A DNA stretch of 64,000 bases from Piromyces finnis finn (Eukaryota > Fungi > Neocallimastigomycota): assembly GCA_002104945.1 (NCBI GenBank), contig MCFH01000006.1, positions 186,001-250,000 on the forward strand. The letters are read 5' to 3'. The position numbers and the translations under genes were made by a program. The notes below the pieces were generated by a model, which saw nothing but the letters and a program-made list of their open reading frames with translations, had not been told where the DNA came from and made no database searches. Each line of letters starts with the position of its first letter. The stretch's first letter is position 1. Below, in pieces: positions 28,324 through 42,800 of the stretch.

Positions 28324-31109
28324 AAATACAAATAATATATTATTTTATATATATCATACTCAAACAATTAAATAGTATGAGTATTACTTATAAAAATTAA
28401 TTATAAAGATTGTAAAAACAATAATAACAACAAAAACTAAAAACAAAAATAGCTTAAATAAATTCATATTAAAAAAAAAAAAAAAAAAAGATAGCATAAT
28501 TTTATTAATAGTTGAAAAAATTCTTAAAAATTTAAAATGAAAAATTATTAATTTAATATTTCTATGTGAAATGAAATGTAAATTTATTATTTATATTCAA
28601 AACAATTAACTTTTTGATTTTTTATAAATATATAGAATCCATTGATGATGAAGATGAAGTTCTTTTAGCTCTTGCTGAAGAATTAGGAAATTTAATTGAT
28701 CATGTTGGTGGACCAGCCTATGCTCATTGTCTTTTATCACCATTAGAAAATTTAGCTGCTGTTGAAGAAACTGTAGTTAGAGAAAAGGTATATTTTTTTT
28801 TCTATTTAAATATGTTATAAACAATAAAATTGAAGTATAGAATATTTATAATTTTTTTTAATTGATATATATTGAAAAGGCTATTGAATCATTATCTAAA
28901 ATTGCTCAAGTATTTTCATCAGAACAAATTGAAAATCAATATATAAGTTTAATTAAAAGATTAACAAATGGTGATTGGTTTACTAGCAGAACTAGTGCTT
29001 GTGGTTTATATGCACCAATATACAAGAAGTGCCAACCAAATACTCAAGCTGAATTAAAAAAGTATATATGATTTAATAAAAATTAAATAATAATATAATA
29101 AAATAAATATTAAATGGGGTTTAAATATTGCCCTCCTTTTTTTTTTATTATTACAATTACAAATTATTTATTTTATTTAAATTATTTTAGATTATATGCT
29201 CAATTATGTAAAGATGATACACCAATGGTTCGTCGTGCTGCTACTACTAACATGGCTGTAAGTTAATAAAATAAATTTTATGAAAATATTAAAAAGCTTT
29301 TATTTATAATAATACTATTTTATTTATTTTATTGATGTAGAAATTTGTTAAAGAAGTTTCTCAAGACAGTATCGTTAACGAATTTATTCCACTTTTCAAA
29401 TTTTTATCCAAAGATGACCAAGTAAATTGAATATTATACATTAATGTTATGAAAAGAATATTATTAAATATTTATTATATATAAAAATATTACAATATAG
29501 GATTCCGTAAGATTATTAACAGTTGAAGTATTTGTTTCAATCTTTGAATGTTTATCTTTCGAAAGTAATGAAAGTCTTTTAAATAAAGAATTAAGAGGAT
29601 TATGTACTGATAATTCTTGGAGAGTTAGATATATGGTTGCTGATAATTTAGTTAAGGTCGCAAATGTTGTTGGTCAAAAAATTATCCAAAGTGAATTGGT
29701 TGAATACTTTATTAACTTTTTAAGTGATAACGAACCAGAAGTTAGAACAGCTGCTTCTACTCAAATATCTGGATTCTGTGCCTTTATTTCTAAGGAAGCT
29801 ATTCTTAGTAAGATTTTACCATGCTTAAAGAATTTAGTTACTGATTCATCTCAACATGTTCGTGGTTCATTAGCTCTTAACATTGGTGGTTTAGCTCCAT
29901 TATTAGGAAAGGAATCGTAAGTATTTAATTTGTATAAATTAGATTTTTTTTTTATTTATAGATTTTAATAAATTAATAATAAAAAAAAAAAATCTTTATA
30001 CATTTACAAGCACCATCGAATTTTTATTACCATTATTCTTACAATTATTAAAGGATGAAATTCCAGAAGTTCGTTTAAATATTATATCCAAATTAGATTT
30101 AGTCAATAAAGGTATATATATATATATTATTGAGAAAATTATTAATTCGAAATAATTATTAATATCGATTTTAAAATTAAAATATACATATTTATTTTTA
30201 AAAATCGTCTATCTTTATTATAGTCATTGGTATTGAATTATTATCACAATCATTACTTCCAGCTATTGTTGAACTTGCTGAAGATAAACAATGGAGAGTT
30301 CGTTTAGCTATTATTGAACATATTCCATTACTTGCTAGTCAATTAGTAAATATATTATTACTCTAAAAATATATATTGTTAGGATTATTTGTTAAACATA
30401 TATATTATTACATTTAAATTCAATAAATAGGGTGTTCAATTCTTTGATGAAAAGCTTGGTAGTTTATGTATGTCATGGTTAGGTGATTGTGTATATTCTA
30501 TTCGTGAAGCCGCAACTGCTAACCTTAGAAAATTAACTGATGTTTTCGGTGTTGAATGGGCCAAGACTACTATTATTCCACAAATTATGGTTTTTGCTCA
30601 ACATACTAACTATTTATATAGAATGACCATGATTTTTGCTATTACAGTAATTATATATTTTTATATATATATATATTTTAATTTAATAAAAAAAAAGTTT
30701 TTTTTTTTTTTTTCGTAAATTTAACCATTGATTCATAATTTTTTTAAATAAAATTTATAGACTTTAGCTCAAGCCTTAACTCCAGAAATGATTGCTGAAA
30801 TAATAATTCCAACTATTGCTAACTTATCTGATGATCCAATTCCAAATATCAGATTCAATGTTGCTAAATCATTTGAACAATTAATTCCATTAATGAAAAC
30901 ACCACAACTTCAAAATGCTAAAGAAGAAATTGTAAAACCAACTTTAATGAAATTATATGAAGATACTGATAATGATGTTAAATTCTTTGCAAATAGAGCT
31001 TTATCAATTGGTAATTAATATATATATCTTAAAAAAAAAAATCAAGAAGATATATTATTTATTAATTTTTTTTTTTTTAATAAATATTTTAATAGTTGAT
31101 TCTGTATAA
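27579..31109 (+). CDS. TPD3: Protein phosphatase 2A scaffold (A) subunit, HEAT repeats
   Basis: [46 protein letters not shown]; [14 protein letters not shown]; [13 protein letters not shown]; [12 protein letters not shown]; [13 protein letters not shown]; [12 protein letters not shown]. Last exon VDSV* ends at 31109. Confidence 0.97.
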
Positions 31110-31368
31110 ATAAACAATCAAAAATAAATTCATAGAAAAATTTGTTTCAAAGAACAAGGCAAAAAAAAATTAAAAAAAAAAAAAAATAAATAAAAAAAGC
31201 AGAAGAAAACAAACTCGTAAATATAAAAAAAGAGGGAAATTTTCACTCAAGTAACTAAATATATATATATAAAACAAACAAACAAAAAGTCATTAAAAAA
31301 AGAAAAAAAAAAGAAAAAAAAACTTTCTACTACTAAAAAATTATATATATTTATTTTTTTATGTAAAG

Positions 31369-31402
<34 letters not shown>

Positions 31403-31900
31403 ATTATTAATAACTAATAAATATAAATAAAAAAAAAATAAAAAAAAAATATATATGTATATATATATAATATATATATTAAATTAATACTGTTTATTTC
31501 TACATTAAAGAGTGTCCTATTTTAATAATTCAAAAAAAAATGTAAAATATTTATTATTAAAAAAAAAATTGATTTTTTTTTTTTTTATTTGGCTTGTCTT
31601 TATAAACTAAATAGAATTAAATTTTTATTATTATTATTTTTATTTAATAAAAAGATAGAATGAACTAATAATAAGAATAACAATAATAATAATTTTTATT
31701 TAAAACTTTATTTTTCTTCTTTAAAATTTGTCTTTTATTTCATATTTATTAATTTATATATATATGAATATTTATTAAATAAGCCAGGAATTGAATAGAA
31801 AACTAATTTAATCTGTATATAATTAAAAAAAAAAAAGTTTTATAGTTTTAGTTAAATTTATTATATTTTAAATAGGTATGTATAGATTGATAAGTGCCTT

Positions 31901-33916
31901 TTACCAATTTCTTTTAATATTATGACTTCTATAAATAACAGTTTTTGGCCTAATCCCTTCTGAGATAGAATATGATTCTGTTATAGATGCTGTTGTATTA
32001 CAGTTATGGAATGCGAAAAGAATATTATAATTTTCAATAGCCCAACGTACAAATGCACCAACAGTACCTTCCTGTGCTACTGTTGCCATTTCGAAATCTT
32101 CTAAAGGTTTTCCACTTTTAACTAAATTAGGTGCCCATACAATAGCTAAATTAGATGCAGACATTAAATTAACTTTTGAATGATTATTGACTTCATTTAA
32201 AAGACGACAAATTTCAGCAAATAATATGCGATTATTAGTTGATAATTTATCTAGTATGTTTTCATTAATTTTTATGGCTAATTCTGAAGTTTCCAATTCA
32301 TCTTTTTAGATATTTGCATATATATATAATAATATAAATTTTTGAAAATTTTATAATATTTAAAATAAATATATTAATAATATTATTATAATAATTTTCA
32401 AAAAAAAAAAAAAAATTCATTGTAATATTTCTTTAATTACAATAAACAAAAAAGATAAAAAAAAATATATATATATATATTCTATTCCAAAGATATTTAC
32501 AATTTATTTTTCTAAATTCAGGATAAAATTCAGGTGGAAATATTGGTTTTGGTAATTCTCTAACAAATGTTTTTAAAATAACAGCAGCTAAGTGAGAACT
32601 GTTTAAAGTTTGTATTGTAATATTGGGATTTCCAGTATTATAAGCTTCTTTTACTGTTTTTATTAAATGTATGGATGGTGATCTTCTAAATAAACCTTCT
32701 TCTTCTAATCCATTCTCTAATAAAAATTTAATTGCATCATTAACAATTTTTGGTAATCCAAGTTCACCTTCATCACCCATAATGAGTTCTAATGGTACTC
32801 CAAATACATTAGATGAATTAATATTTGGTGGGGTATAATCACTTGCTTCGCTTGAATTACTTGAAGAACTACTTGAATCTTCTATAACAGGTTGTCTATT
32901 TGAAGTTATTTTATCAAGAGAATATCTCCTTTCATATCTTTAAAAATTTTATATAAAATATAATTATAATTTTTTTTTTTTTAATTTTATTAATATATAT
33001 AAAACTTTTTCAAAAATAAATTATATCGCTAAAAACAAATATAATAAAACAAGTACTCGAATATTCTTAGAGGTATATTAATTTCATTATATGGTATATA
33101 TCTACTAAGTTGGTATAAAGAATTTATCCATAATATTTTTTGACCGAATTTAGGACTATATTTAATAATAGACATAAAATAAAAATATTTTATAAATATA
33201 ATTAAAAATAATTAATAAAGTATAAATGTAATGAGTATGGATTATAATTTTACCTTAATATTTTTGTAAAAGTTGCAACTAAAACTTTAGTCCAAAATGA
33301 AGGATGAACAATATATAAATATTTTAGGTTTTTCTTATAGCTGTATCAAGTTATTATAATAAATTGTTGATATCAGTATTGAAAAATAACGAACTTTTAT
33401 AAATTTTTTTTTAAAATTTTTATATACCTTCTACTCATGGCTTTGTATGTTTGAATTACCCAAGACCATGATGGTTTATAAACTGTATCACTACAAAATA
33501 AAATTAAAACATAATCATGTTCAACTACTGAATTCAAATTTTTAAGAGCAAATCTGAATTTTTGTATTATGATATATATTCATAATTTCATAATTAATTA
33601 TATATTATTATGATAATATTAATAAAATAATATATATATTTATAAGTTTCGTAGTTTAATTTACTCTGTAAATAAATCATAGTTAGTAGCTTGAGGGTCA
33701 GGTAAACTTGATAAATAAAGACTAATTACTTGCCGATTTTTATTATCTTTTCCTGAATTTATGAATATTAATAAATTATAAATAGGTATATATTTCTTTT
33801 TTTCGAGAATTTTATATTTATTTCATTTTATAAATGAATTTTTTTTCATTACCTTTAATACTAACTAAATTATTATAGATATTGCGATATTCGTTTTCAT
33901 AATTATAGGAATCCAT
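31901..33916 (-). CDS. BCH/Sec14-like plus RhoGAP protein (ARHGAP1/ARHGAP8-like)
   Basis: Exons give DYVLILFCSDTVYKPSWSW, YKKNLKYLYIVHPSFWTK, SPKFGQKILWINSL (BCH domain), then VFGVPL, EEGLFRRSPS (arginine finger present), AVILKTFVRELPKP and NLMSASNLAIVWAPNL. ATG at 33916; the 3' end is uncertain. Confidence 0.88.
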
Positions 33917-36535
33917 TGTTTTTATTGATAAAAATTACATATATTAATTAATTTAAACAATATGGAAAAGTAATTATAATAATAATGTAAATGACGAAAT
34001 GTAATAAAATTGTTGGTACTGCTTTATAATAATTTTATGATTTTCGAAATAGTAATATTTATATTTGCTTATAAAAGATAGCGCTATTTTTTCTTAATAT
34101 TTAATTCTATTATATATATATTTTTTGCTTTTGATATATTTATTTAATTTTGTTAAATAATATTTTTATTACTGTTATTTAATTTGTTTATATAAATAAT
34201 AAAGCTATTATTTATTTATCCTTCGTTATTGATATTGAATATAAATATAAATTTATTAAAATTCTGTTTGAAATATTGTGAGTATATTCATATCTATTGA
34301 TATTTATAACATAAATAGTCTAAAAAAAAAAAAAAAAAAACAATAATTTAAATTTTGGTATGAAGTTAATAAACTTCTTTTTAATAAATTATTTTGTTTT
34401 CTTTATAAAAAATTTATTCTACATAATAATAATTATTATATAGAAATGTTGTTTATATTGAAAGGGATTTTTAATAATTGGTCCTTATTTTAACATTACG
34501 ATTATATGATTAAAATGATATTTTAAAATATTATGAAATGTTTATAATAACACTTTCACTATTATTTTTTTATCAATAAATATATTTATTAACAAACAAT
34601 TAAATTAAATTAAACTTATAAAGTACTAAAATTGAAATAAAAATCCATAAAAAAAAAAAAAAAAAAAAAGCTGTTTATATTATATATATATATAATTTTT
34701 TATAAAGTTTTTTATTATGGAAATTCTGTATAATATATTATACATTAATTTATAATAATTTTATTATTAAGGAATAGTAGAATTAGTTAAATACTAATAA
34801 TTAAAATTTTAATACCAAATTTATAAATAGCACCACTTCTAATTAATGTAGTTATAAATATAAATTATGTAAAAAAAAAATTAATAGATAATATATATTT
34901 TGTATAAACTATATAAAAAACTAAAGAAATAGTATACGCTTTATTAACTTCTTTTTTTTTTTTTCCACAACTTCTTTATCTATCATTACTTTTTTTTGTT
35001 CAAAAAAATGATATTTATTCAAAAATCCAATAAAAAATTATTTGAATGTTACATTATAATAAAAGCCATATAAAAATCAACATTTACAATAATGTAATAT
35101 AAATTGTAGTCATGTGAATCAAGTGATAGTAATACATAAAAATTATTAATTGTTTAAAAATAATAAAAAAAATATATAAAAGTGTTACTTTTTTCTTTTT
35201 TACTTAATAAAGTAAAAATCGATATTTTTTTTTAAAAGAAAAAAATAAAGTATACCTTTGAAGAAAAATAAAAATATAATAATATTATTAAATACTTTAA
35301 AATTTTAAAATATATTTATTAAAGTTAATGTATTATGCATAACCTTAAATATTTAATTTCACAGATTATAAAAATTAGCCAATGGGAATTTTTTTAATTA
35401 AATTAATTTTTATATAATATTTTTATCCAAAATAGTGAATATAATTCCATATAAAAACGAATTTTAAAATGAAAACATGAAATGTTAAAATATAAAGTTT
35501 ATTAATAAATATCGATTGATGGTTCGAGATTAAGATGATTTCTAATTTATAATTTGTAATAAATATAGGAATTTTGTTTAAATATTTTGAGTATTTATTT
35601 TTATTAATGTCCCTTTATAGTTATAGTGTTCCTAGATGAATATTCGAGGGTATATGTTTTTTTTTTTTTGTTTTTTTAAAATTATTTAAATATTTAATTT
35701 CATGATAATAAAATACAAATATTATCTTTCATTATTATTATGCCGTTTTTAAAAATACATTATATATTCTTTCATTTGAAATAGGTGAAATAATCTGCTA
35801 TTCAACTTATTTGATTCCTTCAAATATAAAATATTGGGTAAAAATATAGGTAAAATATTTAAGTTTGGAAACTGATTTTATCCAAACATACTCAATATAA
35901 TACATTGTTGTATTATATAGGAGACAAATAAATAGATCATTTTAAATTAATCAAAAAAAAAAAAAAAGTAAACGTTTTATACTTTATCATATTTTATATA
36001 AAAATAATTACAAAATTCACAATTAGTTTAATATTTAAGTATATTTTATTATCATGCTTTAGTATTAAAGTAATATTCATTATGCTTAATTTTCAAATTA
36101 ATAAATATTATAACTTTTAATTACTACATTATTTTGTTGAAAATAAACAAAAATTATAATAAATATTTGTAATATTTAAATATTATTATTATAAAAAAAA
36201 GAAATGCTTTCATCCATAACAATTATATAAATATTATTAAAACATTATTACTAAATGTATACAAATATGTAGTTACAACATGCAATACTTTCATTTTTAG
36301 AATAACCAATCATATTATTCGATATATCAATTTATTTTGTTTATAAAAATGTTAACTAGTTTATATTTAGTTTTCAAATTAAAAAAAAATAAAAAAAAAA
36401 GAAAAATATGAGATAAAAGCAAAAATAATAAAATCTATAATATTACATTAAGTAACAATGAACTAATATTATATTTTTTAAAGAGAATAAAGTATTAATT
36501 AACGCAAAAAAGTAAATGAAAAGTGAATTTCGGTT

Positions 36536-36699
36536 GATAGCAGTTTATTTTTTAAACAGCAGTCCTGAAAATGAATGTACTTTTTGTTACTGTTTTTTTT
36601 TTTTAAAAAAAACTACTTGCAAAAATAATATTTCTGTATTTATTGACTGGTTTATCGAATTATTAATGATAATATCAGTTTACTAGTACAGATACATTT
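36536..36699 (+). ncRNA. Candidate box H/ACA snoRNA
   Basis: 3' hairpin: lower stem UCUGUA(36633-38)/UACAGA(36687-92), 6x6 internal loop, and upper stem GACUGGUUUAUCG/UGAUAA-U-AUCAGUU whose G-U pairs fit only the + strand. ACA at 36694-96, about 14 nt from the top of the pocket. ANANNA box at about 36622-30 is preceded by a second long AT stem. Confidence 0.55.
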
Positions 36700-37069
36700 A
36701 AATTATTTATAATAAATGAATTTAAAAATAATATATTTATATAAAGCATTTTATTTACTATATTTAAATTGAGATTATTAAAATTAAAAAAAAAAAAAAA
36801 AAGAAAGAAAAGTAAATAATATTGATGAAAATGATATTAATAAAGTGTAAAATTAGATCAATATTAAAGATATCTTTTTCATATTTTATATTTTAATTTT
36901 TTATAAAATAAGAATTAAGATCTATAAAAATAAAATAAAATTAAAAGTTGGTGAAAGAAAGGAAATATTTATGTAATTTTAGCAATATTATTAGTAAAAA
37001 GATAATAATGTAGTTTTTGTACTTTTATTATATATTTCATTCTAATATTCTTATTTCATTGTTACTATC

Positions 37070-37236
37070 TTTTGTGTGTTTAAACTTTTTACTTATTTGA
37101 AACTATTATTATTTTCTAATTTATAATAACCCTTTGACAAGCACCTATAGCACCTATTTTACTATATTCATTACCACAATAACCACAATGAATAATGAAA
37201 ATTTCAAAATTCATATCTTGGTCCATAATGCCTATT
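37070..37236 (-). ncRNA. Second candidate box H/ACA snoRNA (alternatively a 36-codon micro-ORF)
   Basis: GC-richer island. On the - strand: hairpin CAUUAU..ACCA..UGGU..GUAAUG, ANANNA box AUAGUA, second hairpin with UGCUUG/UAAGUA and UUAUUAU/AUAAUAA, and ACA 14 nt after the upper stem. The lower stem of hairpin 2 is weak. Confidence 0.3.
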
Positions 37237-38263
37237 TATTATTGAATTAATATATTAAATCTCAATTTTATTTATGAATTAATTATAAAATTAAATATTA
37301 AATTTGCAATTATAATTTTAATATATATGTAATATATAAATAAATTGTTTTAATATATGGAATATATTTTTGCATTTAGTGAAAATATAAATATATTATT
37401 ATTTAATGAAAGAAACTTTTTCTTTTTCTTTTTATTTATTCATTAGGATTTTAGAAAAATAGTTTTTTTTTTTTTTAAAAAGGTAGAGTGACAAGGAAGG
37501 ATTTTATTAAATATAAAAGTTTGGAAAAGGTCAGGAAAAACAAAATGTGAATAAAAATTTAAACATTTAGAATTATGTAGACTTTTTTTTTCGGTGTTAA
37601 TTATTGTCAATTAATAATGTCTTTTCATAATAATATATAAAAACAAAAAACGACGCTATAAAACAAAAAAGCCAATATCAGAAGAATATAATACGATATA
37701 ATATTATTTAATAAAAATTTATTATTCAAGGGATAAAAAATACTTTTATTTTTGAAAAGTGTTTTTTTTTCTTCTTCTAATTTTTTAGGGAAAAAATAAA
37801 TATAAATATATACATATATTATTATTTATGCAAATGCAAATAATTGAAAAAAGAATAAACAATATTTCATATGAAAAAATAAAAATATGTTAATATACTA
37901 AATATAATATTACTAAAATTAAAGATACAAAGTAAAATAAAGAATATTTATCAATTTTTTTAATACCCTTTTAAAAAATGAAAAAAAAAAAAATTAATAA
38001 ATGGTTTTTTTTTTTTTTTTTGTAAATACACAGTAAATAATAATTCCAAACCATTTTTTAAATTTTCTCGGTATATTAATTTAAATAAAGTGAAATTTAA
38101 ATTGAATTATACTTGCATTAATAATACTGTTTTTATTACATCAGAAAAACTGGCATTTAATAAAATTTAGTGTTATTGTTATTGGAAACAAACTTTAAAA
38201 GTTATATATAAAAAATATAAACATTTATATATTAATTTTTTTTTTAATTATTTATAGTACATT

Positions 38264-39256
38264 ATGAAGGTTTTCAATATTTCCATCTTAACAAACTCTT
38301 CTCCAGCCAAATTACTTTGTTCTGAACAAGATTTATCTTCATTTGGTTTCTTCCAACGTGGAAGGTAAATTAGATAAATATATATAAAAATGATAGTATC
38401 TTATAAACAATTAAATTTATATGAGTGAAATTTTAAGAAATGATTAATTATTTCTATTATTTTATAATAATAATTAAATTTTAATAGTGTTCAAGAATTT
38501 ATTAATTTCTTCTCTACAACTGCTGCCGAAAGAACTCAAGTTGGTGAAAGATCTAAAATTGAACAACAAAGTAACTGCTTATAAATTTTTGTTATAAAGT
38601 ATTTTCTTTAAAAAAAAAAAAAAAAATTCAAAAGATTTAATATTAATATTTTCATAAAAAAATATCAATTATATGTATATTTTTTTTAAAGGTTATATTG
38701 GTTATGTCTATTCTAATTCAAATGGTCTTGCCGGTGTTGTTGTTACTGATACTGAATACCCAAGTCGTGTAGCTTTCTCAATTATTAATAAAGTATTAGA
38801 TGATTTTACTCTTAAATACAAGAAAAGTGACTGGGAAAATTTAGATTCTAAGAATAGATTACCATTCCCAGAATTAAAAACTTATCTTACTGATTTCCAA
38901 GACCCACATAAAGCTGATCCATTCATGAAGGTTCAACAAGAATTAGATGAAACTAAAGTTATTTTAGTAAGTTTTTAAAATATAAAAAAATTAATAAGAT
39001 AAAATCTTTAATAATTGATTAATAATAAAATTTAATATATTATTAAAAATTAAATTTAGCATAAAACTATGGATTCTTTATTACAAAGAGGTGAAAAGTT
39101 AGATGATCTTGTTGCCAAATCTGATCAATTATCATCTCAATCAAAAATGTTTTACAAAACTTCCAAGAAGACAAATACTTGTTGTTACTTAATGGTAATT
39201 ATTTTATAATTTTGAAATAGTAATTTTAGTATTATGTTAAAATATATTAATATCCT

Positions 39257-39291
<35 letters not shown>

Positions 39292-39312
39292 AATTAAAAT
39301 TATTTATAGTAA
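38264..39312 (+). CDS. YKT6: R-SNARE Ykt6 (longin domain, prenylated CCYLM terminus)
   Basis: [95 protein letters not shown]. The stop TAA (39310-12) lies after a final intron at 39195-39309. Confidence 0.96.
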
Positions 39313-39813
39313 AAAAATAAAAAAATCTTGAGTATATGAACGAAGTATTTAATTCTTTAATTCATTCGATACTAAGGGCATATGATATAAAATTACATGA
39401 ATCGAAATAAATAATATATAATAGATTATCAATAGAAAAAACAATAATTAAAAAAAAAAAAAAAAAAAAAACATTTTATATAATAATTTAGGTGATAATT
39501 ATAAAGATAAAAAATTTAAATAATAATAAAAAACGAATAAAATGATAAAATAAAATAAAATAAATAAAATAATAATAAAAAAATAAAAAAATATTATATA
39601 TACATATCAATCGTAGTAGTTGATTGATTTTAACTTTGATTTAAATTATTTTATTGATTTATTTATATTTTGTATATATATATATATGCTTTTTTTTTTT
39701 TTTTTTTTTTTTTTTTTTCGTAATATTAAATATTTATTTCTCTAAAAATTTTATACATTAAATATTTTTAAAATAAGAAAATTTTATTATCGTTTTCAAT
39801 GATTAAGAGTAAT

Positions 39814-42800
39814 TCAAACTTTACATGTGTAAGGAATTACACACCAATTTCTATTTTCGTAACCCCATTTTATACCATCTTCTTCTGTTTCTATTGTACA
39901 ACCTTCACAGCAGTCATAACCTTCAACTTCTTCACATTTTTTATTTTTTTCTGTATAGAATGGATCGCAAATATTTGGAGAAATACCACACCAATTATCA
40001 TTTTCAAAACCCCACTATATCATACATACAAAAAAATTATATAAAGATAAAAAATAAATAAATAATAATTTATTATTATTTATTATTATTATTATCATTA
40101 TTACAAAAATATTTAGATCTATTTTTTATCAATATACTAATATTAATATACTTACATTTCCAAAGTCATCAATATATTGGAGTTCACATGTGTTGCAACA
40201 AGGAAAACCAAATCTTGTGGAATGTCTACAAAGAATTGGTGGTTCATAACATTCATCTGGAATGCCACACCATTCTCCATTTTCATAACCGTACTTTATA
40301 TTTTCATCAATAAATTTAATTTCACATGAATCACAACATCTATAGCCTAATTTCATTGCAGCATCACAAACATATGGTTTACAACATTTTGGTTTAGGAA
40401 AATGTTTTGTGTAATATTGTGAGTAAAGACCTTGTGCTAATAATATTTCACATTGTTCCCAAAATCTGTGATATTTAAAAGTAGGAATGGTTGTTCCTTT
40501 ATTTAAAAAGGTATTTATTATTTTCCAATCTTTGTCCTTTTTATAGTATGGACGTATGGAGATAAAGGTTGATTTATCATTAATTTTTGATGATCTTCCA
40601 TACATTCCTTTAAATCCTTCTGGTATTGGTAATTTTTTATTAAAACGACGATATTGATAAAAAGTTTCGGTTACTGAATAACCTTGACTATCTTTACTTG
40701 ATATTTCTATTCTTTCTAAAATATCTCTACCAAGCGTTAGATAATCTTCATTATTATTTTTTTTTCCAATTAATAATAAGATTTTTGACAATGAGGCAGC
40801 AACACCAATACTATTGTTATAGTCTTCAACGATAACATTTAATTTATCATTTTTGTGATTCTTTATACCATCCTTTTGATTCCAATCTTTTGGTTGTCCT
40901 TCAAAGGTTAGCTTATTTGGAATTTTAAATAATCGATCACTTGTTAAATGAAAAACGGATAAAACCCAATCTAACCATTTTGTTATTATAATCTCAATAT
41001 CCTTATCTTTAGTAATATAATAAAGTTCAGCAAGACTCTCAAAAACATAACATTGAGTACCTTTTGTATAATATAAAAAAAATAATATTATAGATAATAA
41101 TATAATAATAATAATAATAAAAAAAAAAAAGTAATAATACAAAAAATGTTAGATATTAAAAATTATATTATGGTTAATGAAAAAGAAGTAATAAAAAAAT
41201 GTTAGAAATTAATTATTATTATTATTATTCTTTTTTTTCGTTTATACAACTAATAATATAATATTTAATAGGTAGGGTGAATCATGTACCAAATAAATTA
41301 TTTTCTTCAACTTCAAAATTTTTTGAGAATATTAAATTATAAAAGGAAGGCATTTTTTTTGAGCTTAAATTATGATTTGAAGGGTATTGAGCTACACCAA
41401 CAATAGCTCCTTCAGAACTTTGTAACCATCGTATAAATTCAATTTGTCTTTGGTATGATTTCTTCCATTTTGATACAAATTCAGGGTTTTCTGAATTGAA
41501 GTTTTTATCATTTGATAAGACATAAGCAATTAATGGATTTTGACTTCCAATACCAATAATATCTGTAGTAACTTCTTTTTCTAACCACTTTCCTTCCATA
41601 CTGCCTTTCCATGAAAAGTATCGAGATAATAAATAATTCTTATTGTCTTCATTTGATTCGGAATCAAATGATTGTAGCGAATCATCACTATTAATAAAAT
41701 ATAACATATAATCACTCATTTTTATGATTTTTTTAAGTATTGGTTTCATAAATTTATTCTTTTTTTGCTCAGTTGACCAGCAATAAGCCCTATAAACCGA
41801 TTCTATTATTTTTGAAATGTAACGAGAATCACTAATATATTCCCATTGCTTTATTTCAGTAATTTCATTATCCAAATATGGATTTAAATAATTATTAGAG
41901 TTAATTATACTTGGATAAAATAATGAACACCATATTGAATCTTTATCATTATTTTTATGATTTTTAATGAATCTTTTTTTATTTTTGCTACTAAAATATT
42001 TATTCCCTATAATTTTTTTTTTAAAAAAAAAATAAAAGAAAGAAAAAATATAAAAATATTTAAAATTAATAAATATATCTTTATTATATATAAAAGTAAT
42101 ATAATTTATTATTTGTATGAAACTACAATTATCGGTATCAATAATATTATGTGGTAAATCTTTAAATATTTAATATATATTTAAATATAATAAATTTATG
42201 TTATATATATATATATATAAAATAGTGTTATTTAAGAAAGAAATATCAAAATAGATAATACTATATTATATTGCTTAAAATCATATTAAATATTACATAG
42301 AGACCAGGTTTGATATTGTTCATATAATTCTTTATAAAGTGAATCCTTTGTATTTATTGAATTATTTGTTGTTGAATAGTATTTACTATTTCCTTTTTGA
42401 CTTTCATCCTTTGGTATCATATTATTTTCAAATATGTTCCATGCATTAACTAAATATATATATTAATTTAACATAATATTTATATTTCTGTAAGCATTCT
42501 TTTTTCTTTCTTTCTCATTAATTAATTGAAGGATAAAATATATATCAAGAGTAACATATTTATTTAAATGGATATAATATTAATTACCAAAAGGTTTCCA
42601 TTTTCCTGAAATTTTTCCTTGTAATGCTTCTATCCATAGTTTATATGAAATTTCCTTTAATGTTGTTAAATGACCATAATCTACATTTTGATCTATATAT
42701 AGGGTTTCTAAAGTAGAATATGGTATTGAATCAGCATTGTAGTATATAGAGGAAGAATTATTTATATTTAATTTATCATACTAAAAGGATATATTAGTAA

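Noticed and set aside
35510-35940. Possible micro-exons (FLDEYSR; GEIICYSTYLIPSNIKYW)
   Set aside because: Splice phases are incompatible and no start or continuation was found.
39799-40061. Two + strand ORFs of about 80 aa
   Set aside because: They overlap the last dockerin exon of the minus-strand GH48 gene; antisense artefacts.
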